64,000 nt of DNA, taken from positions 67,068-131,067 of the forward strand of contig CAYXJN010000001.1 in the NCBI GenBank assembly GCA_964464605.1, read 5' to 3'. The notes under the pieces were generated by a model. The model was given only the letters and a program-made list of their open reading frames with translations. It ran no database searches and was not told the origin of the DNA. Source of the stretch: an uncultured Ignavibacteriales bacterium. GTDB taxonomy: Bacteria; Zixibacteria; MSB-5A5; GN15; FEB-12. The translations under genes and the position numbers were made by a program. Shown here piece after piece: positions 26,774 to 38,287 of this stretch (position 1 is its first letter; the number at the start of each line of letters is the position of its first letter).

Positions 26774-29173
26774 ATGACCCAAATACTCGAAGAAACCAGA
26801 CAACAGGAAACGACCGATTCTCCGGTCCTGCCTATACTCCCGTTAAAAGGGACAGTAGTCTATCCCTATCTTGTCGTGCCGCTCATGATTCAGGATGCGG
26901 AGCAGACCAAGCTGGTGGACGATGCGCTCATGCGCGGTTCACGTATCGGCCTGTTCTTGCAAAAAGATTCCAAACAGGACAATCCCGGTATTGAAGACCT
27001 ACACCCGGTCGGCGCAGTCGGCAGCATTCTCAAAATGCTCCGTTTCCCCGACGGTACGGTCCGTTTTCTCATTCAGGGTCTCACCCGTGCGCGAATCAAA
27101 CAGGTCGCAGCGACTTCCCCCTATTTAATGGCGGAAGTGGAAGAGCTCGAAGAAACCAAACAGGATTCTGTTCAAATTGAAGCCCTAAAGCGTAATCTGA
27201 TCGAAAGCGTGAAACGCTTAGTCGAACTCGCTCCCTATTTGTCAGAAGAGTTTCATATTTCGGCGATCAATCAGGATACGCCGTCCAAGTTAGCCGACTT
27301 TATTGCCTCCGGTATCAATATCACTATCGCGCAAAAGCAGGAGATGCTGGCGGAATTGAATGTCCACAAACGGATGAGTCGTTTGTACGCCGCAATCAAA
27401 AAAGAAATTGAAGTACTTGAATTGTCACAAAAAATTCAGGCGCAGGCAGCGAGTGAGCTCGGTAAATCACAGCGTGATTATATTCTCCGCGAGCAGATGA
27501 AAGCGATTCGCAAAGAACTCGGCGATACGGATGACAAATCCGATGTCGATGAGTTCGAGCGCCGTATTTCCGAAGCAAATCTCCCGCAGCATGCTCAGGC
27601 TGCCTCCAAAAAAGAACTCGACCGTTTGACGCATATGTCCCCCTCATCGGCGGAGTATACTGTCTCGCGCAATTATCTTGATTGGATTGTCAGTCTCCCT
27701 TGGTCGACTTCTAAGGAAGAAAAGCTCGACCTGAAGAAGGCGAAAAAGATTCTCGATCAGGATCATTACAATCTCGAAAAAGTTAAAGACCGTATTTTAG
27801 AACATCTCGCAGTCCGGAAACTCAAATCCGATCTGAAAGGTCCGATTCTTTGCTTTGTCGGCCCTCCCGGTGTCGGAAAAACTTCACTGGGTAAATCAAT
27901 TGCGCAGGCGATGGGACGGGATTTCGCTCGTGTATCACTCGGCGGCATGCGGGATGAAGCGGAAATCCGCGGTCACCGCCGCACATATATAGGAGCGATG
28001 CCCGGCCGTATTATTCAGAGTATCAAACGATGCGGTTCCAACAATCCGGTTATTATCCTTGATGAGATAGATAAACTCGGCACCGATTTCCGCGGCGACC
28101 CCGCTTCTGCCCTTTTGGAAGTGCTCGACCCGGAACAGAATGATACGTTTTCGGATCATTACCTCGAATTGCCGTGGGATTTGTCCAAAGTGATGTTTAT
28201 CACTACCGCTAATCTGCTCGATCCGATTCCGGCGGTGCTGCGTGATCGTATGGAAGTTGTCCGTATTCCCGGCTATACCGAGCTGGAAAAACTGGCGATT
28301 GCGAAACGGCATCTGATTCCGAAGCAGTTGGAAAATCATGGGCTGACTTCTACGCAGTTGCAGCTTGAAGACAGCGCATTGAAAGCAGTGATCGACGGCT
28401 ACACCCGAGAATCCGGATTGCGTAATCTGGAGCGTGAAGTTGCTGCTATCACCCGCAAAGCAGCCCGTCGTGTAGCAACCGGACACAAAAAGAAAATCGT
28501 TATCACCGACAAAGATGTTCCCAAATTGCTTGGACCGATCCGGTTCTCGCGTGAAGAGCTTACCCGTTCCGGACGGATCGGCGTTGTTCCCGGTTTAGCC
28601 TATACTGCATACGGCGGTGAAGTGCTGTATGTCGAAGGCACGATGATGACCGGTAAAAAATCGCTGACTCTCACCGGACATTTAGGTGATGTAATGAAAG
28701 AATCAGCGCAAGCCGCGCTTTCCTACATTCGTTCCCATGCCAATGATTTGCATATCAAACCGGAATTAGTGGAACACAATGAAATTCATATTCATGTTCC
28801 GTCAGGCGCTACACCCAAAGATGGCCCTTCTGCTGGTATCACCATGGCGGTTGCGCTGGCATCGGTCTTAACTAAAAAGCCGGTGAAGCCGTCGCTTGCT
28901 ATGACCGGGGAAATCACCCTGCGTGGTGAGATTCTACCGATTGGCGGACTTAAAGAGAAACTGTTGGCTGCCTATCGCGCCGGTATTCGTACGGTAATTT
29001 TACCGGAAGAAAACCGGAAAGATGCCGTTGAAATTCCGGCTGAAATCAAAAAAAATATCACATTGAAATTCTTTTCTGAAACGATGTCGGCGATTAAATT
29101 CGCCCTTGATGGCAACAACCAGACTGCTTCCCGCTCGACCTCCCGTAAGACCAAAAAATCCAAACAGGGATAA
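26774..29173 (+). CDS. lon: ATP-dependent protease La
   Basis: LON N-domain, [34 protein letters not shown]. Confidence 0.97.
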   Translation: MTQILEETRQQETTDSPVLPILPLKGTVVYPYLVVPLMIQDAEQTKLVDDALMRGSRIGLFLQKDSKQDNPGIEDLHPVGAVGSILKMLRFPDGTVRFLIQGLTRARIKQVAATSPYLMAEVEELEETKQDSVQIEALKRNLIESVKRLVELAPYLSEEFHISAINQDTPSKLADFIASGINITIAQKQEMLAELNVHKRMSRLYAAIKKEIEVLELSQKIQAQAASELGKSQRDYILREQMKAIRKELGDTDDKSDVDEFERRISEANLPQHAQAASKKELDRLTHMSPSSAEYTVSRNYLDWIVSLPWSTSKEEKLDLKKAKKILDQDHYNLEKVKDRILEHLAVRKLKSDLKGPILCFVGPPGVGKTSLGKSIAQAMGRDFARVSLGGMRDEAEIRGHRRTYIGAMPGRIIQSIKRCGSNNPVIILDEIDKLGTDFRGDPASALLEVLDPEQNDTFSDHYLELPWDLSKVMFITTANLLDPIPAVLRDRMEVVRIPGYTELEKLAIAKRHLIPKQLENHGLTSTQLQLEDSALKAVIDGYTRESGLRNLEREVAAITRKAARRVATGHKKKIVITDKDVPKLLGPIRFSREELTRSGRIGVVPGLAYTAYGGEVLYVEGTMMTGKKSLTLTGHLGDVMKESAQAALSYIRSHANDLHIKPELVEHNEIHIHVPSGATPKDGPSAGITMAVALASVLTKKPVKPSLAMTGEITLRGEILPIGGLKEKLLAAYRAGIRTVILPEENRKDAVEIPAEIKKNITLKFFSETMSAIKFALDGNNQTASRSTSRKTKKSKQG

Positions 29174-29176
29174 CGT

Positions 29177-30718
29177 ATGAAACTTGTCACCGCCGCGCTC
29201 ATGCGTCAGATAGACCGTGAGGCGATTGACAAGGAGGGAATCCCCTCACTTGAACTGATGGAAAATGCCGGGCGCGGCATTGCCGAACGCATTCCCGCGC
29301 TACTGACTGATAGCAATGAACCGTGCGTGGCTGTAGTATGTGGAACGGGTAATAACGGTGGGGACGGCTTCGTTATCGCGCGGCATTTGAAGAACAAAAA
29401 TTATGCTGTTCAATTATTCTGCCTTGGTCCGGAAGAAAAACTCTCCGATGACACCCGTAAAAATTACAAACGAGCGAATGAAGTTGGAATTACCACTCAT
29501 TTTGTCAGCAATCTATCACAGCTAAAAATTTCGAATGAGACAGATCTGATTGTCGATGCCATCTTCGGCACCGGATTCAGCGGTATACCGAAAGGGATTA
29601 CCAACGAGGCGATTGCCTATATCAATTCATTGAATAAAACTACCGTTTCGGTTGATCTCCCCTCCGGAGTGAATGCCGACACCGGCGCGTGTGAAGGCAA
29701 TGTAATTAACGCAACGTACACATTTACGCTCGAACTGCCCAAATTTGGTTTATACCTCTCTCCCGGTCGTGAACAGGCTGGTGTAATCGAAATTGTGCCA
29801 ATCGGCATTCCCGACAAAGTGGCTGCACCTTTTTCAATCCAAACCGAACTCCTTACCAAAACTGAAGTGACATCGGCACTGCCCAAGCGGAAAGCGGATG
29901 GACATAAAGGGGATTTCGGAAAACTGCTGATTATCGCCGGAAGTACCGGTATGGGGGGAGCGGCCGCATTAACCGGTAAAAGTGCATTACGAACAGGATG
30001 CGGCTTAGTGAAAATCGCCTGCCCGGCAACTGTGTTGCCCTCTATTTCATCATTAAATACTGAATGCATGACCTACCCATTACCTGATGTCGCTAAAAAA
30101 GGTGCAATTGCACTGCGCTCACTTGGTGAGATAATGGAATTAGTGAATGCCCACGATGCAGTAGCTTTGGGGCCGGGATTGGGGCAGCATCATGAAACCC
30201 GTGAACTCGTGAAACGATTAGTAACGCGAATCGACAAACCGCTTATTATCGATGCCGATGGATTGAATGCACTGAAAGGCGCAACAGAACTATTAGCGCA
30301 AAGAAAAGCGCCGACCATTCTCACACCGCATCCGGTGGAATTTGAACGACTGACCGGAGAGCCAGCATCGCTGGATTATCAGGTACGTATTCGGCAAGTG
30401 CAGCGATGGGCGAAAGAATGGAATATCGTATTGGTATTGAAAGGAAGCCCAACACTAATAGGTGAACCTTCTGGCATGGTCTATCTGAATCCGACCGGAA
30501 ACAACGGTATGGCAAAAGGTGGCAGCGGCGATGTGTTGACCGGAATTATCGGTTCTCTGTTGGCGCAAGGCTGTTCGGCAATCGATGCCGCCCGAATCGG
30601 TGTGTATGTACATGGTGTAGCTGGAAACATTGCCGCTGAAGAAAAAACAACACGAGCAATGATCGCCGGTGATATTGTCGAATCTCTCCCCTTTGCATTT
30701 CAATCATTAGAAAAATAA
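29177..30718 (+). CDS. nnr: Bifunctional NAD(P)H-hydrate epimerase/dehydratase
   Basis: LMENAG, GNNGGDG, DAIFGTG, DLPSG, GPGLG, DADGLN, GGSGDVLTG. Confidence 0.95.
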   Translation: MKLVTAALMRQIDREAIDKEGIPSLELMENAGRGIAERIPALLTDSNEPCVAVVCGTGNNGGDGFVIARHLKNKNYAVQLFCLGPEEKLSDDTRKNYKRANEVGITTHFVSNLSQLKISNETDLIVDAIFGTGFSGIPKGITNEAIAYINSLNKTTVSVDLPSGVNADTGACEGNVINATYTFTLELPKFGLYLSPGREQAGVIEIVPIGIPDKVAAPFSIQTELLTKTEVTSALPKRKADGHKGDFGKLLIIAGSTGMGGAAALTGKSALRTGCGLVKIACPATVLPSISSLNTECMTYPLPDVAKKGAIALRSLGEIMELVNAHDAVALGPGLGQHHETRELVKRLVTRIDKPLIIDADGLNALKGATELLAQRKAPTILTPHPVEFERLTGEPASLDYQVRIRQVQRWAKEWNIVLVLKGSPTLIGEPSGMVYLNPTGNNGMAKGGSGDVLTGIIGSLLAQGCSAIDAARIGVYVHGVAGNIAAEEKTTRAMIAGDIVESLPFAFQSLEK

Positions 30719-30767
30719 AAAGACCGCACGTTATATGCGGCCTTTTCTGCTGCCAGTTCCGGTTACG

Positions 30768-31421
30768 TTACCGTCTGCGAATTTCGCCATCGACTGAGGC
30801 ATGTTCGAGTCGATATTCAGGACGGCCATAATAGTCGATATCGCCGCTGGAAAAGGTGATGCCGTCAAACTGCAAGCGCGCGAACACTTCCGTGTGCCCT
30901 GAGCCGCGCGACTCAGCTTCCACTTTGTCAGCTACCAGATCCCGCGCCAGAATATCTCCGCTTCCGGCGTTAATAAGCTCGATCTCTTTGGTCGTGCCAT
31001 CTAAATGAACTGTTCCCATGCCGTCATGCATCACTTTCAGATTCTTTTCCGATAACACATGGACATAGGCATCCCCCATTCCGGTAATCGAAATACTGTT
31101 CAAATCCGGTGCGGTAATTTCTACACGTCCTTTGGTTGCCGTTTTCCAGTTGGGTAAACTGGTAATCCGCAGGTCACCATTTTCCACTTTGGTGATAATG
31201 TTTGCGCACAGATTATCATCCAGGTACACCGCGACCGATACTTCCGTTCCGACAGTCACATAGATATCCAGCGGGATTTCCGCTGAAACAGAGGTGAATG
31301 CTTGTACCTGCCGTTTATCTGCGGCCAGAATTCCTGACCCGGTTTGAAGTTCATTCCCTACTGCCACACCGCTCACACCTGCCACGAGGCAAAACATAGC
31401 CGCACTACGCCACTTGCGCAT
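30768..31421 (-). CDS. DUF2807 (GIN domain) secreted protein
   Basis: DDNLCANIITKVENGDLRI and Gly-rich beta-helix repeats (GMGDA, GSGDI, SSGDIDYYGRP); AGGAGG SD. Confidence 0.8.
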   Translation of the reverse strand: MRKWRSAAMFCLVAGVSGVAVGNELQTGSGILAADKRQVQAFTSVSAEIPLDIYVTVGTEVSVAVYLDDNLCANIITKVENGDLRITSLPNWKTATKGRVEITAPDLNSISITGMGDAYVHVLSEKNLKVMHDGMGTVHLDGTTKEIELINAGSGDILARDLVADKVEAESRGSGHTEVFARLQFDGITFSSGDIDYYGRPEYRLEHASVDGEIRRR

Positions 31422-31597
31422 AGCACCTCCTTAGGCTTGCGTTTCTTGTAAAAATTCAGTTGCAAATAACAAGACGGATAATGGGGGTGAAAAGTTGCAG
31501 AAAAAGCGTGTTAATAAATGTTACAGGTTGGGTAAGGAAGAAACACTAAGCCGGGCTTGGTTTTACCCAAACCCGACCAATTTTTCAGCAGATGATT

Positions 31598-33973
31598 TTA
31601 TGGGCAGGCTGGTGGTGGCGGACCGCTATTGAAAAGATATTGAACTAAATAAGTTAGATCGGCTATGGTGATGTTTCCTGTTCCATTAATATTGGCTTCT
31701 TCAAAACAACTTGGTGCCGAACCAGCATTAAAAAGATACTGTACTAAGAATGTTAAGTCTGAAACGGCTGTACCGCCAAAGTTGTTTGCGTTTCCACGTA
31801 TGCCGGCGCAACATTCAGAACCGAATTTCATAATAAATGCATCTTGTGGGCCGCCATTACTGCTATTGTCATACCCATCTTTCATATTGAAATCTGTCGA
31901 AAGCGTATGGCCCGATACATATATGTTTTCTGACTGATCAACAACTATGGCATAACCCATTTCATGAGAAAAACTCCCTAAATAGGTACTGAAATCAAGA
32001 CTGTTTCCGGAAGATGCAAGTTTTGTTATAAATACATCAAAAACACCAAACAGTGAATCATGTGAAGGGTTTGTGCCTAAAGTAGTATCAAGTGCATTCT
32101 GACAGGGGAAATTAGTCGATGTCGTACTGCCGATCACGTATACATTGTCAAATTGATCAAGAGTAATCATAGATATCTGATCAATACTAATACCGCCAAG
32201 ATAAGTAGTGAAGATTCGTGTGTCACCGGCTGAAGAAATTTTCGCGACAAAACAATCCGGTGAGCCACCATTATAAGTACTATCAAACGCATTATGTACT
32301 GCCAAACTGGAAGAACTTGTCTCGCCAGCTATATATGCGTTACCGGAAGTGTCAACTGTAACATCTTTAAAGAGAACTGCAGCATTTCCTCCAATGAATG
32401 TGCTATACACTAAACTATCACCCGATGGGGCAATTTTAGCAATAAAACTATCGCCGCTACCGCTCTTCAGCGAATCAAGCGCATTCACAATCGGAAAGTC
32501 ATCAGAATCTATCTGACCACCAATATAGGCATTACCAAATTTATCTACGGCAAATCCACCAGCATCATCAGACTCAGTACCACCTAAAAATGTACTGTAT
32601 ACAACACTGCTGCCATCGGCTGAAAACTTGGTAAAAAAGACATCACTCTCCCCATTGTACGTCGTGTCATATCCATTTACAGCAGGAAAATCTGCAGAGC
32701 TTGTGGAACCGCCAACATAGAGACATCCACTGCTATCTGTCGCTATATCACGCGGTCCTTCATCTGTACTGCCACCAAGAAACGTACCGTATAACAATGT
32801 ATTCCCTGAGGATGAAAGCTTCGTTACGAAAATATCATATCCACCATTATGAGTATTATCGTAGGCATTTTGCACGGGGAAATCACTTGAAGCAGTATAA
32901 CCGGACAAACAGACAGCGGATGAAGAATCTATCAGAAGACCTCTGGGGGCATCAGTTTGAACACCGCCTAAATAGGTACTAAACAAAAGTGCGCTGCCAT
33001 CCGCAGAAAGTTTTGAAACAAACACATCCCACATACCGCCGAAAGAACCATCAATAGCACCTACCATCGGAAAATTGGCGGATTGTGTTCTGCCGGTAAC
33101 ATATAAATTTCCTGCGTTATCGACATCGATCGCAGAACCTTCGTCCCATAACGAACCACCAAGATAACTGCCGAATGTCAGTACTGGATCAACGACAACT
33201 GATAGCAATGGATTCGTTACTTCTTCTAAGAGCTGAAAGCCAAATATATGTTTATCGAAAAGGACATATCGAGTATTAATACCAGTAACAGAGATTGGTA
33301 CGCCTTGATGAACGAAAAGCTCTCTTTCATGTATCTCTCCCCAGGGAAATGCAACAACTAACTCTTGATTATCAACGAGATATATAGAATCTGCTCCCTC
33401 ATATTTCATCCGTATTAATGATAGCTCTGCATGCGGAGCGATTATGAAATCATACTCCATCTGTTTCCCGTTACTGTAATAGTGAAGATCAATGCCTACG
33501 TAAATATCTTTATAGGTAATACTTGAGTAATTAGGGACATCAGTCAGCCACTTGTTCTGATCATTCCCAAAGAAATAATTACATGTATAGGCAAGCACTT
33601 CACCGGTTTCAATGGTTACATCAGCGTTAGGCTCGACAAAAGCAGTCTTTATCATCATCGTTTCAATACTATCGTGTTCCGGGAGATGTTCAATGTCGTT
33701 ATCACGGCTGTCGGATTCTTTCGATACACGTTTAAAGAACTGCTGATACACACCATCTTTTGTAAACCACATGACTGCACCGTTGGCATTGGCACGGAAG
33801 AGAATACTATCCGGCCATTGCCCCATGTTTTTGGTAAAGGCAAGTGGCTGGTCGTCGAGATGGCTTACAAACTGGGTTGATGTAAATGATGAATAATCGG
33901 CAGAAAACACAGTCGTCAAAAACGACAGCGTGAAAATCACTGAGAAAATCAGAAAACGATAAACACCCTGCAT
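31598..33973 (-). CDS. SBBP (beta-propeller) repeat protein with a C-terminal dockerin-like domain
   Basis: FTKNMGQW; repeated STYLGG...D.G..IAVD..GN.YV.G.T.S.DFP; tail CCAGIRGNAN...VSDLTFLVQYLF...EEANING...IADLTYLVQYLF...PPPACP. Confidence 0.85.
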   Translation of the reverse strand: MQGVYRFLIFSVIFTLSFLTTVFSADYSSFTSTQFVSHLDDQPLAFTKNMGQWPDSILFRANANGAVMWFTKDGVYQQFFKRVSKESDSRDNDIEHLPEHDSIETMMIKTAFVEPNADVTIETGEVLAYTCNYFFGNDQNKWLTDVPNYSSITYKDIYVGIDLHYYSNGKQMEYDFIIAPHAELSLIRMKYEGADSIYLVDNQELVVAFPWGEIHERELFVHQGVPISVTGINTRYVLFDKHIFGFQLLEEVTNPLLSVVVDPVLTFGSYLGGSLWDEGSAIDVDNAGNLYVTGRTQSANFPMVGAIDGSFGGMWDVFVSKLSADGSALLFSTYLGGVQTDAPRGLLIDSSSAVCLSGYTASSDFPVQNAYDNTHNGGYDIFVTKLSSSGNTLLYGTFLGGSTDEGPRDIATDSSGCLYVGGSTSSADFPAVNGYDTTYNGESDVFFTKFSADGSSVVYSTFLGGTESDDAGGFAVDKFGNAYIGGQIDSDDFPIVNALDSLKSGSGDSFIAKIAPSGDSLVYSTFIGGNAAVLFKDVTVDTSGNAYIAGETSSSSLAVHNAFDSTYNGGSPDCFVAKISSAGDTRIFTTYLGGISIDQISMITLDQFDNVYVIGSTTSTNFPCQNALDTTLGTNPSHDSLFGVFDVFITKLASSGNSLDFSTYLGSFSHEMGYAIVVDQSENIYVSGHTLSTDFNMKDGYDNSSNGGPQDAFIMKFGSECCAGIRGNANNFGGTAVSDLTFLVQYLFNAGSAPSCFEEANINGTGNITIADLTYLVQYLFNSGPPPPACP

Positions 33974-34068
33974 ACTCGTTTCCAATCCTTTTAGAGTGTT
34001 GTGCCAACAGTGTTTCTAAAAGATAGCTATACGGAAATTTTTGTCAAACAGAAGAATGACAAGACAAC

Positions 34069-34101
34069 AAAAAAAGCGGCGCAGGGTTAGATGCGCCGCT
34101 T
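34069..34101 (-). terminator. Intrinsic terminator after secA
   Basis: AAGCGGCGCA/TGCGCCGCTT stem with a U tract on the minus strand. Confidence 0.8.
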
Positions 34102-34125
34102 ATAGAATCAAAATAATATTACAGC

Positions 34126-37100
34126 TTACTCTTCGTTCGCGCCGTGGCATTTTTTGTATTTCTTGCCGCTGCCGCAAGGACAAGGATCGTTGCGGCCGAC
34201 TTTCGGTTGGGTGCGCTTAATCGTTTGCGCCTGTGAACCGGCTTGCGATGCGCGCTCCATCGGGTTGCTGCGCCCCGTTATCGGATTTGCAGTAGCCATA
34301 CCGGATTCATCCGCCGCTGTCGCTGTTGCTGTGCCGCCACCGCCTGTATATCCCATACCGGTTGATTCAGCGTGCGAAGCTACCACATTCGATGCCGCCC
34401 GACGCTGCAGTTCCTGCTGACGTTCCGGCACATTCACCTGCAGTTTATAGACAAGGTTGACAATCTCACGATCGACAGTGCCGACCATCGCTTCAAACAT
34501 GCTGAACGCTTCTTTTTTGTAGATATCAATCGGTTTCCCCATACCGCCATGATACGCGCGCAGGTTGATACCGGTGCGAAGCTCGTCCATATCGGCCAGA
34601 TGATCCCGCCAGTAACGATCGATAGTCGAAAGCACGGCGTAGCGCTCCAGTTGGCGCATAATATCGTTGCCGTAGGTAGCTTCTTTTTGTTCGTAGAATT
34701 TGGTGATCGCCGTATGGATATTACTGCGCAAGTCTTCACGGCTGAGACTTTCAATATCTGCTTCGCTGAATTCCAAGTGCAGCAGGAAAACGTTGCGCAG
34801 GTCTTCGGAAAGCCCTTTGAAATTCCATTCATGCGCTTCGGATTTATCGGGCAGATGTGTTTCCAAAACGCTATCCAGCACATTGTCGATAAGCTCTATT
34901 ACTTCTTCCTTAATCGATTCACGTTCTAACGCCGCCAAACGGCGTTCATAAATCCATTTACGCTGGACGTTCATCACGTCGTCGTACTCAAGCGTATGTT
35001 TACGAATCGAAAAGTTCTGCGCTTCAACTTTTTTCTGTGCACGTTCGATAGCGCTGGTCACCATGCCGTGCGTGATAACTTCCCCTTCTTCAAGGCCGAG
35101 TTTATCCATGATTCCGGCCAAGCGTTCCCCGCCGAACAGACGCATCAGATCATCCTCAAGCGATAAGAAAAACAGTGATGAACCGGGGTCCCCCTGACGA
35201 CCGGCGCGACCACGAAGCTGGCGATCGATTCGGCGGGATTCATGCCGTTCCGAACCGATGATATGCAAACCACCGAGTTCGACGACACCTTCGCCGAGTT
35301 TAATGTCGGTACCACGACCGGCCATGTTGGTTGCGATAGTTACCGCGCCGCGCTGACCAGCTTGTGCAATAATTTCCGCTTCCCGCTGATGCTGTCGTGC
35401 GTTGAGCACGTTATGCGGAACGCCGCTTCGCTTGAGCATACGGGAAATCGTTTCGGATGCTTCGACCGAAGCCGTACCGACCAGCACCGGTTGACCGGCG
35501 TTATGCTTGGTGACTACTTCATTGATAATCGCGTTGTATTTTTCGCGGCGGGTGCGATAGATATGATCATCCATGTCATCGCGAATACAATCTCTATTGG
35601 TCGGAATGACCATCACTTCGAGTTTATAAATACTGAAAAATTCATTTTCTTCCGTTTCCGCGGTACCGGTCATGCCGGCGAGTTTTTCATACATACGGAA
35701 ATAGTTCTGCAGGGTAATAGTTGCAAGGGTTTGGGATTCCGCTTCAATCGTGACCCCTTCTTTTGCTTCGATCGCCTGATGCAATCCGTCGGAATAGCGA
35801 CGCCCCGGCAGAACACGGCCGGTGAATTCATCGACAATCATCACCTTGCCATCCTGCACAACATACTCGACATCTTTTTCGTACAACGAATGCGCGCGGA
35901 GAAGCTGGTTGATGGCATGTACTTTTTCGGAGCGTTCGCTGTGCAGTTTGTAAATATGGTCGCGCTCTTTCTGTTTTTCTTCCGGCGATATATCCTCTTT
36001 GTTGTCGAGATCGGCAAGCATAGTGGAGATATCCGGCAATTCAAACAGACGCTGCTCTTCAACGGTTAATTGATGCGAACCCAAGTCGGTGAGCGACATG
36101 TTGTGTTCGCGCTCATCGATAAAGTAGTAGAGCATATCATCGACTTCATGCAGCTTTTTGTCCCGCATGAATGAGGATTCAACATCAGTCACTAATTTTT
36201 TAACACCCGGTTCATTGAGCACTTTCAGCAAACGCTTATTCTTCGGTGAACCGCGCCGCGCGGCTAAGAGCAGTTTGCCGCCTTCGAACTGATCATCATT
36301 CTTTTCACTTTCAATCAGTTTTTCTCCGCGGGCGATCATATCGTTAATCAATGTTGTCTGTTTGCGGGTAAGCGAATCGACGGTCCCTTTCATTTGGCGA
36401 TAGCGATCGTTAACGCCGGAATCTACCTGACCGGAGATAATGAGCGGCGTACGGGCTTCGTCGATAAGAATCGAGTCAACTTCGTCGATGATAGCATAGT
36501 GATAATTGCGATGAACGCGATCTTCCAAACGCTGTGCCATGTTGTCACGCAAATAATCGAATCCGAATTCGTTGGCAGTACCGAAGGTAACATCGCAGAG
36601 ATACATTTCCCGGCGATCCGCATTGCTCATGCTGTTTTGAATAACACCGACGGTTAAACCGAGGAATTCATAAATCTTCCCCATCCATTCTTTATCACGA
36701 CGAGCCAAATAATCGTTAACGGTTACAACATGCACTCCTTTGCCGGTGATGGCATTAAGATACGTAGGAAGCGTGGCAACGAGTGTTTTTCCTTCACCGG
36801 TTGCCATTTCAGAAATTTTTCCTGAATGCAGTGCGATACCGCCGATAAGCTGGACATCAAAGTGCACCATGTTCCAGACAATCGGCAACCCGCACACATC
36901 CCAGGTTTGACCGACATGACGACGGCAGGCTTCTTTAACAACCGCGAATGCCTCCGGCAGTAAATCATCAAGCGTTTCTCCGTCGGCTAACCGTTTTTTG
37001 AATTCATCGGTTTTACCGCGGAGCGCGTCATCGGAAAGTGAGTGGTACGTATCAAAATGCCGGTTTATTTCGGTCACGAGCGGAGTAAGCTTTTTGGCAT

Positions 37101-37149
37101 CCCGTTCATGTTTGGTGCCGAAGATTCCGGTAAGTAATTTTTTCAGCAT
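34126..37149 (-). CDS. secA: Preprotein translocase ATPase SecA
   Basis: [58 protein letters not shown]. It has an insertion in the preprotein-binding region of the kind seen in FCB-group SecA. Confidence 0.98.
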   Translation of the reverse strand: MLKKLLTGIFGTKHERDAKKLTPLVTEINRHFDTYHSLSDDALRGKTDEFKKRLADGETLDDLLPEAFAVVKEACRRHVGQTWDVCGLPIVWNMVHFDVQLIGGIALHSGKISEMATGEGKTLVATLPTYLNAITGKGVHVVTVNDYLARRDKEWMGKIYEFLGLTVGVIQNSMSNADRREMYLCDVTFGTANEFGFDYLRDNMAQRLEDRVHRNYHYAIIDEVDSILIDEARTPLIISGQVDSGVNDRYRQMKGTVDSLTRKQTTLINDMIARGEKLIESEKNDDQFEGGKLLLAARRGSPKNKRLLKVLNEPGVKKLVTDVESSFMRDKKLHEVDDMLYYFIDEREHNMSLTDLGSHQLTVEEQRLFELPDISTMLADLDNKEDISPEEKQKERDHIYKLHSERSEKVHAINQLLRAHSLYEKDVEYVVQDGKVMIVDEFTGRVLPGRRYSDGLHQAIEAKEGVTIEAESQTLATITLQNYFRMYEKLAGMTGTAETEENEFFSIYKLEVMVIPTNRDCIRDDMDDHIYRTRREKYNAIINEVVTKHNAGQPVLVGTASVEASETISRMLKRSGVPHNVLNARQHQREAEIIAQAGQRGAVTIATNMAGRGTDIKLGEGVVELGGLHIIGSERHESRRIDRQLRGRAGRQGDPGSSLFFLSLEDDLMRLFGGERLAGIMDKLGLEEGEVITHGMVTSAIERAQKKVEAQNFSIRKHTLEYDDVMNVQRKWIYERRLAALERESIKEEVIELIDNVLDSVLETHLPDKSEAHEWNFKGLSEDLRNVFLLHLEFSEADIESLSREDLRSNIHTAITKFYEQKEATYGNDIMRQLERYAVLSTIDRYWRDHLADMDELRTGINLRAYHGGMGKPIDIYKKEAFSMFEAMVGTVDREIVNLVYKLQVNVPERQQELQRRAASNVVASHAESTGMGYTGGGGTATATAADESGMATANPITGRSNPMERASQAGSQAQTIKRTQPKVGRNDPCPCGSGKKYKKCHGANEE

Positions 37150-37301
37150 GATTCCTTCTTTTTATTCTCCCAATCGTACTGTCTGGGTGGCGGTCAAAAT
37201 ACAACAATTATACCCAAAACACAAACCAACGACGGGAGTTCCGCCGTTTTCGCAAGTGACCATACGACAATGTGATACGGAAACAAGCCGATTCCGTTCC
37301 A

Positions 37302-37330
37302 TTGACCGAAATGACCTGTCAGGCTATATT
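37302..37330 (+). promoter_or_regulatory. Sigma70-type promoter, probably leaderless (rsgA)
   Basis: TTGACC-17-TATATT, 5 nt before GTG 37336. Confidence 0.65.
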
Positions 37331-37335
37331 GGTCT

Positions 37336-38241
37336 GTGCCAGATACCACAAAGGGAATTGTCGTAGCCGCAAAAGGACGGTTGTTCGTTGTCGAAACGGA
37401 AACCAGTAATCGCATCAGTTGTGATGTACGCGGAAATGTAAAAAAGGAATCGGATAAAACGACTCCGGTTGCGGTGGGTGATGATGTTGTTATCAGTCTT
37501 ACTCACGACGGCAGCGGCATAATCGAAGAAGTCGGTGTTCGCCGCACTGCATTTTTCCGACCGCAGATGGAAGTCAAAGGGGTCAGGCAGGTGATAGCCG
37601 CTAATCTTGATTATCTGGTAGTGGTCGCATCCATCAAATCTCCCCCGCTTAAAGATGCGCTTATCGACCGGTTTCTTATAGCGGGACAGATGGGAAACCT
37701 GCAACCCGCGATTATCATCAACAAAATCGATTTGGAAAAGGATGATGAGCATAAAGATGTCATCGATGCCTACGCAGCAATCGGCTTCCCTACTTTTCCG
37801 GTTTCGGCAGCGACCGGGCAAGGAATCGATGCATTGCGAGCGTTCGTCAAAGATCGCCGTACATTGTTTGCCGGACTTTCTGGTGTCGGAAAATCGACCA
37901 TTCTCAATTTGCTCATTCCCGGATTGAGCCAGCGCACGGATAACGTTTCTGAATACAGCAACAAAGGTAAGCACACGACGACCAATATCGAACTCTTTCC
38001 CCTGCCGGGTGGTGGGTATATCGTCGATTCGCCGGGTATAAAGGTTATGCGATTCTCCGAACTGACGGATGAAGCATTACAGGATTATTACCCGGAATTT
38101 GAGCAACACCGTGATAGCTGTCGCTTTCAGCCCTGCAGCCACAACAAAGAGCCGAATTGCGGAGTGAAAAACGCCCTTGAGCGAGGAGAAATTTCCCGGT
38201 TCCGCTATGAGAATTATGTGACCATCTTAGAATCTCTTTAA
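37336..38241 (+). CDS. rsgA: Ribosome small subunit-dependent GTPase
   Basis: NKID, GLSGVGKST, GKHTTT, DSPG, CRFQPCSHNKEPNC. Confidence 0.95.
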   Translation: MPDTTKGIVVAAKGRLFVVETETSNRISCDVRGNVKKESDKTTPVAVGDDVVISLTHDGSGIIEEVGVRRTAFFRPQMEVKGVRQVIAANLDYLVVVASIKSPPLKDALIDRFLIAGQMGNLQPAIIINKIDLEKDDEHKDVIDAYAAIGFPTFPVSAATGQGIDALRAFVKDRRTLFAGLSGVGKSTILNLLIPGLSQRTDNVSEYSNKGKHTTTNIELFPLPGGGYIVDSPGIKVMRFSELTDEALQDYYPEFEQHRDSCRFQPCSHNKEPNCGVKNALERGEISRFRYENYVTILESL

Positions 38242-38287
38242 GCCATAAATTCTTACAGCTTTGAGCCGATAACTAAAGGATAACCAT

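Noticed and set aside
31524-31576. Alternative pairings (GGTTGGGTAA with TTACCCAAACC, and CGGGCTTGG with CCAAACCCG) downstream of the SBBP gene
   Set aside because: Short, imperfect stems with no clear U tract or ligand motif; they cannot be told from chance.
35242-36069. 275-aa plus-strand ORF, and similar long antisense ORFs at 19014-19595, 27935-28486, 37324-37974, 38362-39012, 51178-51717 and 56688-57356
   Set aside because: They lie antisense to well-conserved genes (secA, rng, lon, rsgA, mlaD, lysS, kdsD) and are expected shadow ORFs.
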